From the human T2T-CHM13v2.0 reference genome, Homo sapiens, in NCBI RefSeq assembly GCF_009914755.1, contig NC_060936.1: DNA of 64,000 nt. One strand, given 5' to 3'. The notes beneath the pieces are model-generated. The model saw only the letters and a program-made list of their open reading frames with translations, did not search any database and was not told the origin of the DNA. This document shows, piece after piece, positions 51,401 through 64,000 of this stretch; the first letter of the stretch is position 1, and each line of letters starts with the position of its first letter. The position numbers and the translations under genes were made by a program.

Positions 51401-54400
51401 ACTTCTACACAGCATAGGAAACAATCAACTCAGGGAAGAGACAACCCACAGAATAAGAGAAAATATTTGCAAACCACCCATCTGACAAGGGATTCATAAT
51501 CAGAATACATAAGTAGCTCAATCAACTCTGTAGGAAAAAAAATCTAATAACCTCATTGAAAAAATGGGCAAAAGATCTGAATCGACATTTCTCAAAAGAA
51601 GACATAAAAATGGCAAACAGGCATATGAAAAGGTGCTCAATATCACCAATAGAGAAATGCAAGTCAAAACTGCAATGAGATATAGCATCACCCCAGTTCA
51701 AATGGCTTATATCGGAATGACGGGCAACACAAATGCTAGCAAGAATGTGAAGAAAAATAAACCCTTGGACCTTCTTAGTAGAAATGTAAATTAGTACAAT
51801 CACTACGGAGAACACTTTGGGGATTACTCAAAAAACTAAAGATAGAGCTATCGTAAGATCCAACAATCCTACTACTAGGTATATCTACTAGGTATATACA
51901 AAAAAGAAATGAAATCAGTATATCAAAGACATATCTGCACCCCATGTTTGTTGCAGCACTGTTTACAACAGTCAAGATTGGAAAACCACGTAGAATAGAT
52001 ACAGAAAATGTGATACTGATCATAATGGAGTACTATTCAGCCATAAAGAAAAATGAGATCCTGCCATTTAAAACAATATGGATGGAACTGAAGGTCATTA
52101 TAGTAAGTAAAGTAAGCCAGGCACAGAAAGGCAAACATTGCATCTTCTCACTTATTTGCGGGATCTAAAAATCAAAACAATTGAGCTCATAAGACAGAGA
52201 GTAGAAAGATGGTTACTGGAGGCTGCTGAGAAGGGTAGTAGGTGCTTGGGGTAATATAGAGCTAGTTAATGGGAATATAAAAACAATAGTTAGAAATAAC
52301 GAAATGAGACCTAGTATTTGATAGCACAGCAGGATGACTCTAGTCAATAATAATTTAATTGTATATTTAAAAATAACTAAAATTGTTTAACTAGATTGTA
52401 ACATAAAGGATAAATGCTTGAGGGGATGGATACCATATTTTCCATGATGTGATTATTACACATTGCATGCCTATATCAAAACATCTCATATACACCTTAA
52501 ATATATACACCACTATGTACCCACAAAAATTAAAAAGATTTAAAAACAACAACAAACAAACAAAAAACAAAATCGAGCACATGAAGAATAAATGACCTTT
52601 GAGAGACTGGATAATTTGTTTTTTGTGTGATTTGGTTTGTTTTGCCCTGTACTGATTGTTGTAGTTGTTTGTTTTTGTAACATTCTCCATATCTCTTACT
52701 ATTTCTCCTTTATATCTGCCACTGCTTTAGCTTGTACCTTTATACTTTTGCTTCAATTCCTGAAGTTTTCTTCTTTCACAGCAGTCTCAGACTAGTACCC
52801 ATTTAATTTACATTCTTCGTTAATGCCAAACTGATCTGGCAACAAATCTTTTAACTATGTACACTTTCATCTTCCAGTGTCTCTATATAGATCGTACAAT
52901 AATTTTAAACTTATTAATTAAGATGTAACTGCCTTCATATGATACAGCCATGTAGTTTCATCTTTCCCAACCCCTTCTTAAGGAGTCACTTGAACTCAGA
53001 ACAGATGTTTCATTTCTCCCAGACTTTACCTAGAATATTTACCCTACCACCTACTCAATGACCTTTTCTCATCTCAGGTATTTCTTCTTCTTCTTCTTCA
53101 AAATTAGCTTTAACTTATGAAACACAGACTAAAATGGACCATATACTATGTTATAGAATAGTTATTAAAATATACTTACTAACCAAAAAATTGAGTTACA
53201 GATTAATGGCTAAGGTAATTATTAAAACATTTCTGAAAAACTTATTGGTTGAAAAAAAGGAATAAAAATAGAGAAGAGAGTACTTAGAATTGCACAATAA
53301 TGAAAATAATACTTCTAACATTCTACTAGTTTATTATTTAGAATGTGTAAAAAACCTAAACAAACTAGCATTAAACAACAATCCTGAAGTGTGTTAACAA
53401 AAGATAATAAAACAGAAAGAAAATAATATGAGACTTCAATACCACATCTTTAATAATGTATAGAACAACCAGACAAAAGGTCAACAAGGAACTAACTTGA
53501 ACAACACTATAGACCAACTGGACTTAAAAGACATACAGAATATGTCACTCAATAACAATGAATATACATTCTCTTCAAGTGAACATGAAACTATCTCCAG
53601 GACAGACAACATTTTAGGTCACAAAACAAGTCTTAACAAATTCACAAAGCTTGAAATCATGCAAAGCATATTTTTCAATTACAATGGAATGAAATTTAAA
53701 ATCAACAGCAGAGGAAAACTGAAAATTCACAAATAAGTAGAAATTAACACATTTTTCACTTAACAGTGGGTCAAAGAGGAGACCATAGGAGAAATTAAAA
53801 AAAAAAAAACTTGAGACAAATGAAAATAAAAACAGAACATACATACCAAACTTATGATATAGTGAAAGTAGTACTAACAAGGAAGTTTATAGCTGTAAAC
53901 ATATATATTTACAAAAAGAAAGATCTCAAGTCAACAACCTAACTTTATACCTCAAAGAACAAATAAAAACAAGAAAAACCTAAACCCAAAGCTAGGAAAA
54001 GGTAGGAGTAATAAAATTTAGAGCACACATAAATAAAATAGAGAATACAAAAACATTACAAAAATATCAATGAAACTAAGAGTTTTTTTTTTTAAAGATT
54101 GACAAAATTGAAAAACCCTTAGCTAGATTAACTACGAAAAAGAGAAATAAAACTCAAATAACAAAATCAGATGAAAGAGGGGACAATACAACTGATGCTG
54201 CAGAAATGAAAAAAGTATAAGAATATTATGAACAACTGCAGGCCAAGAAATTGAAAAATTTAGAAGTAATTGACACATTCTTGGAAATACATGAACTATC
54301 AAGACTGGATCATGAAAAAATAGAAAATCTAAATAGACCAATAACTAGCAAACAGGTTAAATCAATAATCAAAAAACCTCACAACAAAATTAAAGCATAA

Positions 54401-55114
54401 GTCCCAATGGTTCAACTACAGAATCTGATCAAACATTTAAAACAGAATTAGCACCAGTCTTCCTGAAACACTTGTGAAAAATTAAAAGGAAAAAATACTT
54501 CCAAGTTCATTCTATGGAAATCAGAATTACCCCAACACCAAAGCACATCAAAACACTATACAAAGAAGAGAACGTTATAGATCAATATCCCTGATGAATA
54601 TTGATGCAAAAATCCTCAACAAAATACTGGCAAACTGAAATCAATGGCACACTAAAAGAATTATACACCATCACCAGCTGGTATTTATGTTTGGGATACA
54701 AGGATAGTTCAACATATGAAAATCAATCAATGTAATACACCACATTAACAGAATAAAGAACAAAAAACTACATGATCATCTTAACTGATGCAGAAAAAGC
54801 ATTTGACAAAATTCCAGTAGCCTTTTATGATAAAAACTAGAAACAGAAGAAAATTACTTCAATATAAAAAAGGTGGTATATGAAAAGTCCACAGCAACCA
54901 TTGTAGTCAATGGTGAAAGACTGAAAGACTTTCCTCTAAGATCAAGAGGAAGGCAAGTATGCCCACTCTCCCACTTCTATTCAACATAATACTGTATGTA
55001 CTAGCCAGTGCAATTAGGCAAGAATAATAAAAGTCATCAAAATTGAAAATGAAGAAATAAAATTATCTCTGTTTACAGAAGAGCTCATGCATTATGTAGA
55101 AAATTCTAAAAATT

Positions 55115-55138
55115 ACACACACACACACACACACACAC
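55115..55138. repeat. (AC)n microsatellite inside the old L1
   Basis: About 12 AC units seen directly. Confidence 0.9.
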
Positions 55139-56544
55139 TGTTAGAACTAATAAACAAATTCAAATTTGCAGGATATAAAATCAGTATTAAAAATTAGTTC
55201 TGTTTTTATATACTAACAATAATGAAAAGGAAATTAAGATAATTTCATTTACAATAGCATTAAAATGAACAAAATACTTAGAAATAAACCTAACCAAGAA
55301 GTGAAAAACATTTACAATTAAAACCACAAAACACTGCTGAAAGAAATTAAAGGCACAGATAAATGTTAAGACATCCCATGTTCATAGATTGGAAGCTTTA
55401 ATGTTGTTAAGATATCCATATTACCCAAAGTGGCTACAGATTTTATGTAATTCCTACCAAAATGCCAATGGCATTTTTTTGCAGAAATAAATAGAAAAAA
55501 AATCAATCTATAATTCATATAGAACCTCGAGGGACTCCAAATAGCCAAAGCAACTGTGAAACAGTAGAATGAAATTAGAAAACTCACACTTCAAGATTTC
55601 AAAGCATATTACAAGCTACAGTAATCAAAATGTTATGTTAGTAGTATAAAGACAAATAGACTAATGACATATAATACAGAGCTCAGAAATACACCCTAAT
55701 GTACATGATGAGAAGACCTTTAATGAGAATTCCAAGACTTCTTAATAAGGAAAGAATAGTTTCTTTAATAAAAGGTGGTGGGAAAACTATTCACATGCAA
55801 ATGAATGTTTTGGATGCTTATCTTACACTATACACAAAAATAAACTCAAATGGATTAAAGACTTAAACATAATCCCCCAAAAGAAAACACAGGAGGAAAG
55901 CTTCCTGAAATTGGTCTTGACAATGATTTCTTGGATACGACACCAAAAGTACAGGCAACGAAAAGCAAAAATAGACAAATGGGGCCTGCATTAAGTTTAA
56001 GAACTTTTGTGTATCAAAGGACATGCTCAACAGGGTGAAAAAGCAATTTACAGAATGGGAGAAAATATTTGCAAATTATAAATCTGATAGTTAATATCCA
56101 AAATATATAAAGAACTGCTTTAAATAATCTGATTAAAAAGTGAACATAGGGCTGGAATAGACATTTTCCAAAGATTATATACAAATTGACAAATAAGTAT
56201 ATATCCAATAGAGAGTTAATAATAAATAAGAGCTGCATAAAGAACTCCTCCCAATCTGATTTAAAAATGAGCATGGCACTTCAGTAAGCATTTTTCCAAA
56301 AGTGATATACAAATGGCCAAATACATAAAAAGATCTTCAACATGACTAATCATTAAGAAATGGAAATCAGATCCACAATTAAATATCACCTCATAGCCAT
56401 GAGGATAACTACTATTTAAAAAAAAACTACTATAAAAAAAAAAAACAGAACACAAGTGTTGGCAATAACATGGCAAAACTGAAACCCTTGTGCACTATTG
56501 GTGGGATTATAAAACAGTGCAATTGCTATAGAAAACAGTATGAA

Positions 56545-57094
56545 TGTGATGGTTAATATTAAGTGTCAACTTGATTGGTTGAAGAATACAAAGTATTGTT
56601 GCTGGGAGTGTCTGTGAGGGTGTTGCCAAAGGAGATTAACCTGTTAGTCAGTGGACTGAGAGAGGTAGATCCACCCTCAATGAGACTGGGCACCATCCAA
56701 TCAATTGTCAGTATGGCTAGAATAAAGCAGGCAAGAGAAAGTGGGAGACCCTTACTTGCTGAATCTTCTGATCTTCTTCTTTCTCCTGTGCTGGATACTT
56801 CCTGCCCTCCAATATGAGACCCCAAGTTCTTCAGCTTTTGGAATCTTGGACTTATACCAATGGCTCTTGGGCCTTCAGCCACAAACTGAAGCCTGCATTG
56901 TTGGCTTCCCTACTTTTGAGGTTTTGGGATTCAGACTGAGCTGCTACTAGCTTCCTTGCTCCTCAACCTGCAGACCACTTATCGTGCAACTTCACCTTGT
57001 GAATGGGTAGGTCAATTCTCCATAATAAACTTCCTTTCATGTATACATATATATCCTATTAGTTCTGTCCCTCTAGAGAACACTGATTAATACA
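56545..57094 (+). mobile_element. MLT2A-like (ERVL) solo LTR nested in the old L1
   Basis: TGTGATGGTTAATATTAAGTGTCAACTTGATTGG...TAATACA. 5-bp TSD ATGAA/ATGGA. Strand follows the recalled consensus orientation. Confidence 0.88.
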
Positions 57095-57634
57095 ATGGAC
57101 TTCCCTTAAAAAATTAAAAGTAGATCTACCATATGATCCGCAATCCCACTTCCATGTGTATATTCAAAATAATTGAAAGCAGGGTCTTGAAGAGATATTT
57201 GCACACCTATGTTAATAGCGGCATTATTCACAATATCTAAGAAGTAGAAGCAACCCAAAAATCTATCCACAGATGAATGAATAAGCAAAATGTGGTATAT
57301 ACATAGGATGGAATGTTACGCAGTCTTTAAAAAGGCAGAAATCCCATAACATACTACAAGAATGAATCTTGAAGACATTATGCTAAGTGAAATAAGCCAG
57401 TCACAGAAGATACTGTATAATCCCACATATATGAAATATCTAAAGTAATCAAATTTATAGAAAGAGAAAGTAGAATGGTAATTACCGGCAGCTAGAGGGA
57501 AGAGGAAAAGGAGTGTTGTTTAATGAGTACAGAGTTTCAGTTTTGTAAGATGAAAAAGTTCTAGAGATCTGTCTCATGGCAATGTGAATATATTTAACAC
57601 TACTAAACTGTACACTTAAAATGGTAAATATGAT

Positions 57635-57650
57635 GATAGATGGATGGATG

Positions 57651-57696
<46 letters not shown>

Positions 57697-57705
57697 AGAT
57701 AGATA
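57635..57705. repeat. GATA(GATG)3(GATA)11 tetranucleotide STR
   Basis: Counted directly. Pure (GATA)11 at 57651-57694. Confidence 0.93.
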
Positions 57706-57774
57706 ATACAACATGACCAGTTGAGGTTATTCTGAGAATACAAGACTGTGTAACATTTTAAAATCCTGAACTCA

Positions 57775-58101
57775 GGCCAGGAACGGTGGTCACGCCTGTA
57801 ATCCCAGCACTTTGAGAGGCCGAGGCAGGCAGATCACTTGAGTTCAGGAGTTAGAGACCAGCCTGGTCAACATGGTGAAGGCCGTCTCTACCACAAATAT
57901 AACATGGCCATCTCTACCAAAAACATAAAAAATTAGCCAGATGTGGCAGTGCATGCCTGTAATTCCAGCTACTTGGGAGGCTAAGGCAAAAGAAGCACTT
58001 GAACTTGGGAGGCAGGAGTTGCAGTGAGCCAAGATCGTGCTACTGCACTCCAGCCTGGGAGAGAGAGTGGGACTCCATCTCAAAAAATTAAAAACAAAAA
58101 A
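57775..58101 (+). mobile_element. AluS with a short internal duplication
   Basis: TSD AAAATC(C/T)TGAACTCA (57760-57774, 58102-58116). Confidence 0.9.
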
Positions 58102-58351
58102 AAAATCTTGAACTCAAAAGGAAAAGACAAAAATATTTAGTTTTTATAAAATAATGCAAATTTAGGGCAATAAAAATTTCTTTAACAAGTCATAAAAGTA
58201 AAAATGATAAAAGATTGATGATTTCACATTAAAATTAAGAATTCCTATTCATCAAAGCATAGTATATAAAAAATAGAAGAAAAAGTCATACTCTGGGAGA
58301 TGTTTTCAAAATAGTTGAACAACAAAAATAGTATCAAGACTATATAAAAAA

Positions 58352-62344
<3,993 letters not shown>

Positions 62345-63361
62345 ATGGGGAAAAAACAGAACAGAAAAACTGGAAACTCTAAAACGCAGAGCGCCTCTCC
62401 TCCTCCAAAGGAACGCAGTTCCTCACCAGCAACGGAACAAAGCTGGATGGAGAATGATTTTGACGAGCTGAGAGAAGAAGGCTTCAGACGATCAAATTAC
62501 TCTGAGCTACGGGAGGACATTCAAACCAAAGGCAAAGAAGTTGAAAACTTTGAAAAAAATTTAGAAGAATGTATAACTAGAATAACCAATACAGAGAAGT
62601 GCTTAAAGGAGCTGATGGAGCTGAAAACCAAGGCTCGAGAACTACGTGAAGAATGCAGAAGCCTCAGGAGCCGATGCGATCAACTCGAAGAAAGGGTATC
62701 AGCAATGGAAGATGAAATGAATGAAATGAAGCAAGAAGGGAAGTTTAGAGAAAAAAGAATAAAAAGAAATGAGCAAAGCCTCCAAGAAATATGGGACTAC
62801 GTGAAAAGACCACATCTACGTCTGATTGGTGTACCTGAAAGTGATGGGGAGAATGGAACCAAGTTGGAAAACACTCTGCAGGATATTATCCAGGAGAACT
62901 TCCCCAATCTAGCAAGGCAGGCCAACGTTCAGATTCAGGAAATACAGAGAACGCCACAAAGATACTCCTCGAGAAGAGCAACTCCAAGACACATAATTGT
63001 CAGATTCACCAAAGTTGAAATGAAGGAAAAAATGTTAAGGGCAGCCAGAGAGAAAGGTCGGGTTACCCTCAAAGGAAAGCCCATCAGACTAACAGCGGAT
63101 CTCTCGGCAGAAACCCTACAAGCCAGAAGAGAGTGGGGGCCAATATTCAACATTCTTAAAGAAAAGAATTTTCAACCCAGAATTTCATATCCAGCCAAAC
63201 TAAGCTTCATAAGTGAAGGAGAAATAAAATACTTTATAGACAAGCAAATGGTGAGAGATTTTGTCACCACCAGGCCTGCCCTAAAAGAGCTCCTGAAGGA
63301 AGCGCTAAACATGGAAAGGAACAACCGGTACCAGCCGCTGCAAAATCATGCCAAAATGTAA
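62345..63361 (+). CDS. LINE-1 ORF1p, full length 338 aa
   Basis: Near-identical to human L1 ORF1p. REKG 235-238, RR 261-262 and YPAKLS 282-287 intact. Differences from recalled L1.3: R130Q, N157H, V168G, L303V. Confidence 0.95.
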   Translation: MGKKQNRKTGNSKTQSASPPPKERSSSPATEQSWMENDFDELREEGFRRSNYSELREDIQTKGKEVENFEKNLEECITRITNTEKCLKELMELKTKARELREECRSLRSRCDQLEERVSAMEDEMNEMKQEGKFREKRIKRNEQSLQEIWDYVKRPHLRLIGVPESDGENGTKLENTLQDIIQENFPNLARQANVQIQEIQRTPQRYSSRRATPRHIIVRFTKVEMKEKMLRAAREKGRVTLKGKPIRLTADLSAETLQARREWGPIFNILKEKNFQPRISYPAKLSFISEGEIKYFIDKQMVRDFVTTRPALKELLKEALNMERNNRYQPLQNHAKM

Positions 63362-63424
63362 AGACCATCGAGACTAGGAAGAAACTGCATCAACTAATGA
63401 GCAAAATCACCAGCTAACATCATA

Positions 63425-64000
63425 ATGACAGGATCAAATTCACACATAACAATATTAACTTTAAATATAAATGGACTAAATTCTGCAATTAAAAGACACA
63501 GACTGGCAAGTTGGATAAAGAGTCAAGACCCATCAGTGTGCTGTATTCAGGAAACCCATCTCACGTGCAGAGACACACATAGGCTCCAAATAAAAGGATG
63601 GAGGAAGATCTACCAAGCCAATGGAAAACAAAAAAAGGCAGGGGTTGCAATCCTAGTCTCTGATAAAACAGACTTTAAACCAACAAAGATCAAAAGAGAC
63701 AAAGAAGCCCATTACATAATGGTAAAGGGATCAATTCAACAAGAGGAGCTAACTATCCTAAATATTTATGCACCCAATACAGGAGCACCCAGATTCATAA
63801 AGCAAGTCCTGAGTGACCTACAAAGAGACTTAGACTCCCACACATTAATAATGGGAGACTTTAACACCCCACTGTCAACATTAGACAGATCAACGAGACA
63901 GAAAGTCAACAAGGATACCCAGGAATTGAACTCAGCTCTGCACCAAGCAGACCTAATAGACATCTACAGAACTCTCCACCCCAAATCAACAGAATATACA
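63425..64000 (+). CDS. LINE-1 ORF2p N-terminus (APE-like endonuclease), 192 codons, open to the window edge
   Basis: Translated by hand, MTGSNSHITILTLNINGLNSAIKRHRL...LHPKSTEYT with no stop. N14, E43, Y115, D145 and N147 retained. K55Q and G95A differ from consensus. Confidence 0.92.
   Translation, partial: MTGSNSHITILTLNINGLNSAIKRHRLASWIKSQDPSVCCIQETHLTCRDTHRLQIKGWRKIYQANGKQKKAGVAILVSDKTDFKPTKIKRDKEAHYIMVKGSIQQEELTILNIYAPNTGAPRFIKQVLSDLQRDLDSHTLIMGDFNTPLSTLDRSTRQKVNKDTQELNSALHQADLIDIYRTLHPKSTEYT

Larger units (their letters stand above)
44974..52570 (+). mobile_element. Near full-length, fully degenerate L1MA1-3-type LINE-1 with three nested insertions
   Basis: 5' end GGAGCAAGATGATGAAATAGAGGGCTCC, ORF1 and ORF2 remnants (e.g. 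[14 protein letters not shown]), and an L1MA-type 3' end ...CTATGTACCCACAAAAATTAAAAA. Confidence 0.85.
53420..57630 (+). mobile_element. Old L1 (L1MB-like) ORF2 and 3' end, degenerate
   Basis: EN remnant EYTFSSSEHETISRTDNILGHKTSLNKF, RT-region text, and an L1MB-type 3' end ...CTGTACACTTAAAATGG. Confidence 0.82.

Overview
Primate (almost certainly human) intronic DNA from the middle of the copine-8 gene CPNE8, transcribed on the minus strand. Four coding exons with canonical AG/GT ends (38022-38085, 29417-29520, 23894-23998, 22629-22670) splice into one open frame encoding the C2A-C2B linker and most of the C2B domain ([105 protein letters not shown]). The ORF track misses them because they are short. 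The rest is AT-rich intron filled with transposable elements: about 16 Alus (two very young AluYa-type), a twin-primed 5'-inverted L1PA, a THE1 LTR-int-LTR element, MST/MLT2/THE1 solo LTRs, DNA transposon fossils, old L1M/L2/MIR pieces, and at the right end a very young L1HS/L1PA2-like element (intact ORF1 and ORF0, ORF2 open to the window edge) inserted into an older dead L1PA. Nearly all listed ORFs are repeat-derived. The most interesting inference: both nested L1 antisense promoters point in the CPNE8 direction, and the second ORF0 splice donor (phase 2) is exactly in frame with the next CPNE8 exon, predicting an ORF0-CPNE8 fusion that lacks C2A. The four exons also form a phase-symmetric 315-nt block that would be a stop-free circular ORF if back-spliced. 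Both are hypotheses and need RNA evidence. Subfamily names come from recalled consensus sequences, not from a RepeatMasker run.
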